A DNA stretch of 64,000 bases from Octopus vulgaris (Eukaryota): NCBI GenBank assembly GCA_951406725.2, contig OX597823.1, positions 5,394,001-5,458,000 of the forward strand, read 5' to 3'. Shown here piece after piece: positions 1 to 12,409 of this stretch (the first letter of the stretch is position 1; every line of letters starts with the position of its first letter). The position numbers were made by a program, and so were the translations under genes. The notes beneath the pieces are model-generated. The model ran no database searches and was not told the origin of the DNA. It saw only the letters and a list, made by a program, of their open reading frames with translations.

Positions 1-1339
1 ATATTTGTGCAGTCATTCTCACCTTCACACACAGCCAACCTAATATTGTGTATTACCAATGAGGAATTAATGATTGAGGACCTCAACAAAGATGGTCCCA
101 CTAAAATTGCAAACAGGGTGTTATCAATAGATTCACATCTTCAGCTTTTGATTTCCATCTATTTTAAGTTCGACTTCTACAAATCACATAAATTGTCATT
201 TAAATATGAATAATGACAGAGTGAACTGGGTGAATTCTATGTAGAAATTAAAGTTTAGACTCTGTTAATTTATTAAACAGATTGTTTGTAACTTCTAGTT
301 TAATAATCTCTGATATAAATGTCAGCTGGTTGATTTGTCCAGTCACACTTTAAATGCTATAAAGAGAGAGGGAAGAGAGAATTAAAGCAAACGGCACACA
401 TACTAGGCTTGGTGGCAGGAGAAGGAGTGGGAGTAAATAAGAGAATAGCTGCGAGAAGAGTTACAGAAATGAGAAAATTGTTTTATTTTAAAGTAATGAA
501 TATTTTTCTTTAGAAAATTATTCAATTCATCATTTTATGTAAGCATCAAGAAATTTGATATAAGTTAAATTATAATTCTTGTATGTATTCCACATTTCTT
601 TATATTACTGAAGATAGCAGAAATATAGGGCCAAAGTTACCCATCAAATGACAAGTAACAAGTCAGTTGAAATATAATTGATGACAGGACAATCTGGTTG
701 AAATTTTATGTAAAACTTAAACTTCAGTAGCACTACTATGTAAAAAGCATCTGTGCCAGTACCATGTAAAAAGCATCTGTAAAGTGGTTGTTGTTAGGAA
801 GGGCAGCCAGTCATAGAAACCATACTTAAACAGATAATTGGAATATGATGCAGCTCTCCGGCTGGCCAGCTTCTATCAAACTCCTATCAAACTGTCCAAC
901 CAGTGCCAGCATGGAAAACGGACATTAAATGATGATGATGATATTGATGATGAGTTTCTGTTAATTTAAATCATTCATCTCAATGGACAGTAAAAATATA
1001 AAACTAACAGATATGTAAATTAAAAGTTCTAGTTTATTAAATGATAATATAGGTCTTGTTTCTTTTTTTTTGAAATGGATCTAATTCAACATTGATCACA
1101 CTTGTAGAAAAATCAATATCTGCCTGATGATAATTAAAAGGGTTATTAAGTAGTTCCATTTTCTCCTGATATGTAACAGCTATATATATGTAACATATAT
1201 ATAGTTCTGATATATTCTGTTAAGAATGTAGTACAGTATAAAGCTCATCCACCTTCAGATTTTACCTTGTGTTATCTAGTAGTAGTATTGGACACACTTC
1301 CAGGTTTGTATTTGGGCATCTGTCATGTGTGAATAGATA

Positions 1340-1608
1340 CTTTAAAAAATTTGGACTCAGTGAGAGGGAGTATGGTTGGACATTTATTTTTTAGTCACTA
1401 CAGTTGTTTCCACACAACATAGTTCTCCAGGCATGCAGGTACTTGATTATGCAACTGCTTCCCTGCATTATGAGATCTCATAATGCAGGGAAGCAGTTGC
1501 ATAATCAAGTACCTGCATGCCTGGAGAACTACACTGCATGGAAACAATTGTAGTGATTAAAAAATAATGTACAACTGTACTCCTTGTTGACTCTAAATTT
1601 TTTTCAAT

Positions 1609-1612
<4 letters not shown>
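1340..1612. repeat. Spacerless palindrome, perfect over 1420-1531, imperfect outward; probably PLE pLTR-derived
   Basis: Centre GAGA|TCTC at 1475/1476, 56-bp perfect arms; right arm has GAAAC-AATT-GTA. Confidence 0.85.
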
Positions 1613-1671
<59 letters not shown>

Positions 1672-2061
1672 TGAGACCCCCTTCAGTCATGACTGACCCT
1701 GGGATTGCACCTAGAAAGTTACTCTCACAGGCACAAGTCCGGGCAAGGTTGTTTATGAAAGACCAGCAGTCACCCATGCATACCAGCCTCCCCTCTTCAT
1801 GCCACTGATGTTATCCAAGGGAAAGGCAAGGGCCGATACAGCTTGGCACCTGTGATGTCACAACTCATCTCTACAAATGAGTGAACTGGAGCAACGTGAA
1901 ATAAAGTGTCTTGCTCAAGAACACAACACGCAGCCCAGTCTGGGATTCGAACTCACAACCTCACGATCGTAAGCTTGATGCTCTAGCCACTGAGCCATGT
2001 GTCTTCACACACATATATACATACTCTATATATATACACATACACACACACATATATATAT

Positions 2062-2466
2062 ATATACTCTAAATAACTGATATGGAAGACTGAGTATGTT
2101 GGAAACTTTATTTATCACAACGATCATTTTGGCATAATTGTACACTGCTCCCTAGTAGGTGGAGAATGATATAATGAATTTCAATGTACCCCACAATGCA
2201 GAAATGCCTCATCAGGTGCCATAACAGGATTTGAGATATGACTACAATTGACATCATTTAGCTAAGCCTATGAGCAAAATGTCAACTATGTAACTTGGAA
2301 TCCTGTCGTCACCTGATGAGGCATTTCTGCACTGTGGGGTGCATTGGAATTCATTATATCATTCCCTACCCACTAGGGATCAGTGCAGAATCTTACTGAA
2401 ACAATTGTTGTGATAAATAAAGTTTTCAGTATACTCTGTCTTCCGTATCAATTATTTAGAATATAT
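2062..2466. repeat. Old ~200-bp inverted repeat of a PLE pLTR, each arm carrying a hammerhead motif
   Basis: Arms ~2062-2257 and ~2277-2466; plus arm GUCAC-CUGAUGA (2313-2319)...GAAAC-AAUU-GUU-GUGAU (2398-2414). Confidence 0.75.
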
Positions 2467-2688
2467 TCAATGTGCACTGAGGAATTCTTAATGTAGATCC
2501 AGTGATGAATGTGCATTTACTGTGGATGACACCTGGTAGCCATAAGAGGTGAATGTTCCCTGCCAGCACACTACTAGGGACATACCCAAAATACAGTTTG
2601 TATGCTAAATTTTTGAGACCTCAGGTTTACAAGTTTTATTTTATAATAATTTTTTCATGCACAAGATCCAAATTTTGAATGAAGTGTA

Positions 2689-3992
2689 TGAGGGGTGTTC
2701 AATAAGTAATGCCCCTGACCCACTTCCCATAGCAGTAGAGCAACGAAACTTGGCACAGTTATTAGTCTTTTTCTACATAGGAACCACCCAGAGTTACGCA
2801 TTTCTCGCATTGTTTGATGCAGCTCTGGGGACCGTTTTTGTAGAAGACCCCAGCTTGGTCCTCCAACCACGACGTGAATTCAGAAATCAAGGCTGTATCA
2901 TCTGGGAAACGCTTTCCTTTCAAAAACAACTTCATGGCTGGGAAGAGGTGAAAATCAGAGGGTGCAAGGTCAGGAGAGTAGGGGGGATGGGGGAGAAGTT
3001 CATAGCCGCACGCCTGTGCTTCTGATCTGGCGACACGCGAATTGTGGACCGGAGCGTTTCCTGCAGGAGGAGGATGCCTTTGCTGATCTTGCCCCACCTC
3101 TTGATTTTGATAGCCTCTCTTAATTTCCTCAAAAGTGAAGCATAATAGGCTCCTGTAATTGTGGTACCCTTTGCCAGGAAATCTGTCATCACTACTCCGT
3201 CCTGGTCCCAGAAGACTGTGAGCATGACCTTGCCAGCGGAGGGTTGCACCCTTGCCTTCTTTGGAGGAGGTGAGTCACGGTGCTTCCACTGCATTGACTG
3301 GGCTTTGGTCTCTGGATCATAGTGATGGACCCAGGTTTCATCCTGTGTAATCAGTCTTTTGAAAATTTTGACTCATCTTCTTGGCACATCTCCAAATTCA
3401 CCCTCGAGCACTCAACGCGTTCTTGCTTCTGGAAAGGTGTGAGCAACCTGGGAATCCATCTGGCAGACACCTTTTGCATATGCAAATAATCATGAATGAT
3501 AGTTTCCACAGACCCGGTACTAATCTTGACCTCATGGGCTATTTGGCGAATAGTTATGCGTCGATCTTCCAAAATGGCAACCTCAACTTGACGGACAGAT
3601 GCCTCATCAATGGCAGAAGGGGGACGACCAGATCTGGGAGCTGTTTCCACAGAGTTCCGACCATGTTTGAATTCACGATGCCAGCATTTTACAAGGTCAT
3701 ATGATGGGGCATCATCACCATAAGTTACTTTCATTTCATCAAAAGTCTCCCGTGGTGTGCGTCCTTTCAAATACAAAAACCGGATCACTGCTCGACACTC
3801 AACAGGCTCCATTTCACACTTGACTCAGTTCAAACACCTGTAAATCAGAAACCACAATTAGTTCAGAGCTGTAATTTTTCACTTAATCTATAGAGATATA
3901 AATAATAGATATAAATAATTGCACATGCAAACTTTCAGCTAGATCAAACAACTGCAAGTGGGTCAGAGGCATTACTTATTGAACGCCCCTCG
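2689..3992 (-). mobile_element. Full-length mariner (DD34D), 37-bp TIRs, TA TSD, transposase broken by two frameshifts
   Basis: TIRs 2689-2725 and 3956-3992 (3 mismatches), TA at both ends; WIPRLL, DETWVHHYDPE, YSPDLAPSDFHLF. Confidence 0.95.
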
Positions 3993-4739
3993 TAAAAGTT
4001 TCTACTACCATAACAAATGCCTCTGTGTATTACTGAGAAATCTATAGAGAGCAAAAAAAAGCTTCTTCTAGACATCTTTTATAAAGAAATTTACAAGTCC
4101 ATCAACAAGTGTGTGGGAATCAGTAATCATGTCTACAGGTGATGGTGTGCAAAAGTCTGGTGTGAGTGCAAGTGATAATAATAGTAGTTTTATATATATA
4201 GAGGATCTTGACATTCTCTTTATATTACATAAAATATTCTTTATGTTCTACTGTTGTTTTATTGCCATTCATTTGCCAGTATTATAAATTTATTAGTAAA
4301 ATATTTTTCTTGGAACAAATTACGATTTATAACATTGCTACTATGGCAAATCATTGCTCTGCTTTATGAGTTTTCACTTTATGAGTGGTCTCCGGGAACA
4401 AATTAACTTGTATATTGAAACATTACTGTATAAACACACACACACACACACACACTTGTTTCAGTTATTGGACTATGGTCATGCTGGGGTACAGCCTTAG
4501 TTGAACAAATTGACCCCAGATCTTTTTTTAAAACTTGGTACTTATTCTATCAGTATCTTTTGCTGAACTGCTGAATTACAGAGGCATAAACAAACCAACA
4601 CTGGTTGTCAAGCGGTACTGAGGAACAAACACATACAGAGAGACACACACATAGATATATGTATATGGATGACAGGCTTCTTTTTTTTTTTCTACAGTAA
4701 AAGACAATTATGTGTGTGTGTGTGTGTGTGTTTACATAC

Positions 4740-5370
4740 ATCCATACATCATCATCGTTTGGCATCTGTTTTCCATTTTGACATAGGTTGGATGGTTTGA
4801 TCACAGCTAAAAAGTTGGAGAGCTGTGCCAGGTTCCAATCTGATTTGACTTGATTTCTACAGCTGGATGCCCTTCTTAATGCCAACCACTGTGCTGGGTG
4901 CTTTGCACATGGCACTGGCATGAGCGCCTTTTACATGGACCAGCATGGGCGCTTTTTAAATGAGCCAGCACAAGAGTGCTTATTATGTAGACTGGTACAG
5001 GTACATTTTAGATGAGCCAGCACAGATGTTTTTAACATGGACCAGCACAAGTGCTTGTTACATGGACCAGCACAGGTGGGTTTGGTCTTCATGAGATATC
5101 TCAGCCCTTTGTTGTCTCCTTCATAAGGCCCAGTGTCCTCAGACCAGCCTTCAGTACTTCATCCCATGTCTTCCTGGATCTCACTTTTCCACTAGTTCCA
5201 TTCACCTTAAGTATTCAGCCCTTCTTTATGCAGCTGTCAACATACATCTGCATTATGTGACCAAACCAGTGCAGTCTTCTCTCTTGCACACTGCATCTAA
5301 TTCTTCTCAATGCCTAACTTTTCTCTCAATACAATAGCACTCTGTTGCACATGTACACTTCTATTGCACA
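4740..5370 (-). mobile_element. RTE-like LINE 3' end with (GAT)n tail; related tails near 740-950, 11390-12300, 15930-16800, 35980-36160, 37530-37960, 40140-40800, 47400-47770
   Basis: RRLHWFGH..RKTWDEV remnant; shared TTTCCATGCTGGCATGGGTTGGAC-type tail. Confidence 0.7.
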
Positions 5371-5404
5371 TCTAACAAAGCATACTAATTTACACAAACA
5401 CACA

Positions 5405-5610
<206 letters not shown>

Positions 5611-6970
5611 TACAAAAAATAGATTTTTTGTGTGGGTGTGGGTGTGTGTATAGCAAATGAAAAGCAACAAAAGTCAAAAGGACATACACAATGAGTGTAA
5701 TAGATTGGCACTCAGAGAAAGTTTAAGATGGGAAAAAGAGGGGTGTGATATTTTGAGCATGGCTCTTTGTCAGAAAGTGTAAAAAGGATAAAGTCCAGAG
5801 AGAAGGAAAAGAATTGTCTGAGGAAAGCAAATGTGTCATTATATGGCTTAAAATAACTGACAAGGAGTGGAGAGAGATAGAGAAAGTGGTTTTTGAAGGT
5901 AGGAGAGTGTGAAAATGGTCTGTGTGTGTGTGGTAATATCTGTGTACATGTATGTTTGTGTTTATGTGAGCGAGGCATGTGTGAAGTAGTGGAGCAAACA
6001 GGTTAGTAGCAGTTGTTAGATTTGGTGGTCAAGAGAGAGACAGTCAGATTGATGGATAGGTGTTGTGTAATTTAGGTAAGAAGAAAAAAAGCAGTTTTCA
6101 GTTTAAAATATCTGTGATACAAATTTACATTGAAATTATAACATGTTCATATGTTGTATAGTTCAGCTACTTTGGTTAATTGACAGATTCATGAGTTTAA
6201 AGTGAACAGCCATCACATTAATCAGTAAACAATCCCCTTGATTTAGACATAATTAAATAAATATCATGGTTGTCATCAGAAGATTTATGTCAATTTTTTT
6301 CAATGTCAAATCAATTCTGAGACAAAATATGTCAGACCTGACCTGGCCATTCCTTATATCTTCATTGGTCTACCTCTGCAGTAGCCGCTGTCTGCTTATC
6401 AAATCGTAGTACTTTACCACCCAATATGTCTCAATCATTTACACCTTCTATTCTTGTCAAGATTTCCCCCAAATTCTTTAACCAATACCTTTGATGCTCA
6501 GTTATATTCTTCATTTGATCTTTCACTCATTCATATCTGCTTTACAACATTTTTCTTTTTAACTGTTGTCCCATTTCTTTTACTACCACACAAACTAGGA
6601 TGTTATCCTAATGACTGTTGTTATACATCATAAACTACTGAAGAGCAAAGAATGGTAGAATTGATTGAATATCATTATTTTTCCTTATGTCCACTTTTCC
6701 ATGCTTATATGGGTCAGATGGAACGTTTTGCTAGGGCAGATTTTCTTTGGCCTAATTTCTTTCTAGTCACTAAACCTGTTTCCAACCAAAATAATGTTTC
6801 TCCATGACTAGACATGTTTTTATAGCAGACTGGAAATGAACAACACCACTTGGGCAACGACGACACTTTGCCTTGACATCTATTGAATGTTGTCGAGGCA
6901 AGGACGCACACACACAGACACACAGACACACGCATGCACGCACACACATGCATGCACGCACACATGCATG

Positions 6971-7022
<52 letters not shown>

Positions 7023-8109
7023 GAGTTTCAACCCTTGTGTCTTTATTAGAAATTGTCATTTGCTTGTAACTTTTATTTCAACAGACTCCTATCACCTCCA
7101 ACACCAACTATTTCAGTAGTAGTAGTAGTAGTAGTAGTAGTAGACATATGCATGGCATCCATCTTGCATTGTTGTTCAAACAATAAATGGTGAACATTAG
7201 CAAACATGTTTAATACAGACAAGCATATACATTGTAAACATAATTTGAATGGTAGACTTATCCCATCGCCTAGTTTAACACCACCACCACCACCACCATT
7301 TTGTTCTTGGGGTACCTGAAACCTGTGATCCTTCCCCACTTCATCACAAGCATTCAAGCAAGACCTTTGTCTGGAAGCCCATGACAACAAAAAGGTATCT
7401 TATTTTTCAAGGACACTTCTTTTTCTTCTTTGATTAACAAAAACAAACAACCAACAACAAAAAAAAAGAAGAAAAGAAAGATAAAAAAATTAAATTCATT
7501 AAAACAAAGTGAAAGTTCTACAGCTGGAGTTCATTGACATACCTTGACTCATTTACATGACATGATCTTTAGATAAACTGTTGGTTGTTTGAACTAGTTT
7601 CTCTCAAAGTAGGCTGGTGGGTAGACATTGGGTATGACGGTCAGGGGTGGTGTCAAAGGGGCTAGTAAGGGATGGAGTGACAAATGTATTTGTACAGTCT
7701 TTCTCATTTATTTAAATATGAACCTTTCTGTTATATTTCTGCTGAAATAACACTACCTTTGTTTCTGTTAATTTTCAATTAAGTTTGAAAATAATGAAGG
7801 ATTTAGTAAAATTAACTTTATTATTAAGTTTGTGTGAAAGATAGAAGGTTTTGATTTACTTCACTTCAAAACAAGAAGTTTGTATCATAGAACCAGGACT
7901 GGTTTCAGGCAGGTTGGTATTAAAAGGGTTAATTGTAATGTAATATATTAGACCACTTATTAATCACAATCATAATGATGACAACATCAACGATAATGAT
8001 AAGATTGCATTGTGAATAAGTTAATAAATAAAACTGTAAATATTTATTTACACAGACATACAAACATGCACTCTGTCTCTATCTGTCTGTCTCTGTCTCA
8101 CTCTCTCTC

Positions 8110-8585
8110 TCTCTAATAACTCATATTAGTTGGCAAATCACGAAGCCTTAAGAGCTCTGTAAACATGGCATTCAATTATAGAAGGGTGGTGGTGAGGTAA
8201 ATAGTCACTCATATCAAACTAATACCTGGAATTAAAATTACTCTGGCCTGATTATGTTATATGTATATATATATCAAAAACGAGTTGTGACGTGAATCGT
8301 AGCAAGAAGATATTGGAAAACTGTTTGTAAAGGAAAAGCAGCAATAGTTAAGAATGAGAAACATTGGTTTAAAGTTTAAATCATGTGGAAGTGAAGTTAA
8401 CTACTGCAAAACAACAAACCTCAAGGAACAACAAACCTCAAGGAACAACAAATTTCTAATCAATTGACAATGTAAAAACTTGTAGATAAGGAAATGTTTA
8501 TAAAGTAACACAGATGTCTTTTCTTTCTTTAATTACAGAGCTCTTAAAGTTTCGTGATTTACCAACAAATATGAGTCATTAGAGA
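8110..8585. repeat. ~53-bp imperfect inverted repeat around a ~370-bp spacer containing a 17-bp tandem repeat
   Basis: 8110-8162 vs 8533-8585; AACAACAAACCTCAAGG x2.5 at about 8410-8452. Confidence 0.7.
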
Positions 8586-8837
8586 TTGACCTTTAAAACC
8601 AAAGTTACTCATATGTACATCTGTTAAATTCAATTGTTCATTCAACTCATCTTATTAAAGGTAGCTTATTGCTTTTAGATTTTAAAACATTCTTAAATGG
8701 ATGGCATAATTGTGTGGTTAAGAAATTCACTTCCTAACCACATAGTTTCACTTTCACTGCATGGCACACTGGGCAAGTGTCTTCTACTGTAAGCACAGAT
8801 CAATGAGTGGATTTGGTAGACACAGACTGAAAGAAAC

Positions 8838-9790
8838 CCATTTGGCCGATGTACGGGGAAGGACAGAAAGAGCAGGAAATACAGTAAATGACATTACTAG
8901 AAGTGCAGGTAAAGGAGTTGGTGATGTGATAGGGACGATGATGGGTGCCTGTGAGGATGGTGGTGTTGGAGAGGTAGGGGCAAGTACAGTAGCATGGGCA
9001 GGTTAAATGGGACACCACTTGGCTTACTGGTTCACAGAGCACCTCCGAGATATCAGACTTGGTAATGACACTCCGGTCTCATGTCATTTCTGTTCTACCA
9101 GTCATTCACTACAACATCTGTCTGTGTTCAAACTGTCTTTGCACAGGGGCCATCTGGAATCCCGTCTTCACCACGAACAAGAATTAATATTCTCTCTTCA
9201 CTCCTTTGTGCCACATGGGCTCAACTCCCCTCCTCTTTTCATCTAACACCTATTTCCTCTTTTCACTCTTACCTATTTCCTCTCTTTATTGATACCACCA
9301 TCACAACACCCCCACCCCACACCACCACACACCACTCCACACGCACTAGCACTGACCACTTCCCAGCATCCACACTACACACCATCATCCACACACCCAC
9401 ACACAAATCTTCAATAGCATCACCACACATATCACTATATGAGCAGCCACATGTTACAGATGCACACACTCACACACTTCAGAGTCACTAGCCCCTATTC
9501 ACACACACACTTACACATTCACACAAACCATTCTCACATACATACACATGCACACACACTTTCATTTGGGATCACCAGCACTTTATTATCTCCCTTTCTT
9601 TCAGCCTCTTCTTTCAAATTTTCTTTTTCTAATCATTCACCATGCTTGACCGCTAAATCTACAAGTTTTTGTTTATTATCTCTTATTCCTTTCTGTTGAA
9701 GAGTGTAGGCTCAAAACATAAAAGTCGTTTTCATTTTCCCAAGTGTCAAACTAATACACCTGCTTATTGTTCATACACCTGTCTTCGTCT
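8838..9790 (+). mobile_element. PLE 3' fragment (Neptune-like GIY-YIG) with an internal 5' inversion and pLTR, inserted in a SINE
   Basis: Minus 8838-9005: SFTCTSSNVIYCISCSFCPSPYIGQMG; plus 9007-9246: FTEHLRDIR..PVSCHF..H..EQELIFSL...PHGLN; pLTR similar to 42890-43070. Confidence 0.8.
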
Positions 9791-10031
9791 TTTGTTTTTC
9801 TATAAATTTTATGCTCATGTGGCCACCCCAGTTTTATCTTGCCTTAATTTCCTACACTTTGGACTTGCATATCTTCGTCTACATACCAGCACTCTTCCCG
9901 GATTACCACTGATTATACTGACACTACTTTGAATGGATTTCATTGGATTTTTCGTATGCATATATATATATATACATACACAAACACACACACACATATA
10001 TATGTATATATGTATGTATGTATGTGTGTGT

Positions 10032-10065
<34 letters not shown>

Positions 10066-11817
10066 TCTTGTCTTGGCATTATGCAACAGTTGTAAACAAG
10101 TATCACTGTCATACAAAACAGTCAATTTCATTTCCAGTCTTCTGTGAGAAAATGTCTGATCAAAGGGAAATATTCCCTTATTTGGAAGCAGGTGAGGGTT
10201 AGCTAAATATAAGGTATCAAGCCATAGAAAATCTGAATCAATGAACTCCATATGACCCATGCAAGAATGGAAAGTGGATGTTAGAATGGTGACAATGATG
10301 ATGATGATGATGATGATGATGATATATTTGTATTCACCTTAAACCATTGCATTATTGATAACTGTGCTTCTTTTATTTTTAATTTATAATTTGATATTGA
10401 TCTTTTCTCTTATTGTTATAATTTGAATGATTATGCAAATTTGAACAGATTTCATATAAATTGTTAAAGCAAATGGCTTTCTAACATGTATAGTTTACAT
10501 TACATCAACCAACTGACCACAAAGTGGAAATAATAATATCTAGAATAATAATAATAATGTTTAATTATATTTTGGCATGTAATGAAGTCAGAATTAAATC
10601 ATGTGTAAGCATTCAATACTATGAAGGTAATGTGACTAGTCTGTCTGACAATCCTGTTGCCAAGAATTTAACCCTTCCATCACCATGTTTCTGTTGAAAT
10701 ACACTGCCTTCGTTTCAGTTAATTTAAAAAATGATGAAGAATTTAGAAAGATAAATTTAAGCCGATATTTGGAACAAAGATTAACATTAATTGTTGATGG
10801 AAGATGTTAATTTGGATCACAACAATAACTAATTGGTCAGCAATATAGCAGAATGAGTTGAAGTTAAAGGAGAAAGTTAAAGAGTTTAAAATGGCACTTA
10901 AAAGAGGAGGATACCTAATACATAATTAAATGGAAGCTCCTTGAGTAACCGGAGACATATATAAATGGTAGCAAATGATGTAAGCTTTGCTTGCAGGAAG
11001 AGCAAGAATCCTGAAAAACACCCTTGACCCAGGGGCCTTTTCTAACTCCAGGAAAGAAGTATTTAGTCAATGTCCTCATTTGAGATGCTTCCTGTTACAA
11101 GCTTGGAATTCCTCATTTGTCAAGTAGAACCATGACAACAACGTAAAAAATCACCACAGTTGGAACCAATGTAAAAGAGCTGCATGGCCATTCTGAATGT
11201 ATATCTTTTGTCTACAAAACTGACTGACCAAGACATCTTCCTCCTTCCAGTTGTAGGGAAGTTATGTGCCTACAGCCATTTGAATCTAATGAGTTTCCTA
11301 TATGGCCAAGTGTTTTATAGTTGCCAAAACAATGGTCACTCCCTGACTGGCCATAACAATCAATTTCCCCCCAAATATAGTGTGTGTGTGTATCATCATC
11401 ATCATTTAACATCCATCTTCCATGCTGACATGGGTAGGACAGTTTGACAGGAGCTGACCAGGCAGAAGCCTGTACCAGACTTCTGTAACTGTGTTGACAG
11501 GATTTTTAAAGCTGGATGAACTTCCTAACATTACCCACTCAGCAGAGTGAATTTAGTGTTTTTTACATGGCATAAGCACAGATGAGGTCAGTTTTGGCAA
11601 GGTTTTTACAGCTGGATGTCTTTCCAAACACCAACCACTTTACAGTGTGGACTGGATGCTTTTTAAGTGCACCTGCACTGACAGAGCCACCAAGTAGCTT
11701 GCTGGACAAAAATCATTTGCGAGGAGAGGTGATCTTGTGTCAGATGAGGAAAGGTTGTAGTTAGACAGAGACAGAAACAGGTGTCTTGCTGTAGAGGAGG
11801 TACAAGGTTACCCAGCC

Positions 11818-11856
<39 letters not shown>

Positions 11857-12333
11857 TCAAGCATGAAGACAGAAACAGGTGTGTGGCTGCAAAGAAATAC
11901 ATGGTTACCCAACTTGAGGGAAGTGCAGGAGAGGGAGAGAGAGAGTGGGAGACAAAAGGATAGAGATGGTGGCAAAGTGCCATGCATACTTACAAGGGAC
12001 AGGGATCAGAATATAAAGGGAATGGTTGAAGATGATTGCAAGAACCAGGGTATACCCTTGAGGTTTGAAGGTCGTAATATGAGTGGCAACATATTGTGAA
12101 AAGAGTATAATTAGAGAGTGCGGAGGGGTAGAGAAAAGTGTGGTGAAAACCGGGGTAAATATAGAGTTGTTGGGGAGTGTGCCGGATCGCAATGATTCAG
12201 AGAAACAGGCTCATGAGAACAGGATTGTGGAGTGAGAGGTAGGCATGGTGTATAAAGGAAAAATGGGAGGAAGAGAAGAGATGTAGATTGGTTTGTTGGG
12301 GTAAGGTGTGTGAAAACTGAATTTTCTTTTTAC

Positions 12334-12409
12334 CTTGACTCTCTTGTCTTTGTTGTTTCTGTTTTTGCCTTGATATGCCATTATCCTCAAAGATTTGGGT
12401 CTTGATAGA
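12334..12409 (-). CDS. LRR gene candidate exon 16 ([25 protein letters not shown])
   Basis: tttccag / G|GTAAAA, open in phase 0; no motif support. Confidence 0.5.

Noticed and set aside
1-240. 68-aa ORF or further minus-strand exons (also 1265-1318)
   Set aside because: No motif support and no phase link to the assembled gene.
4900-5080. CRISPR-like ~22-bp periodic repeat
   Set aside because: Degenerate tandem units without unique spacers, in an RTE-like 3' UTR; eukaryotic context, no cas genes.
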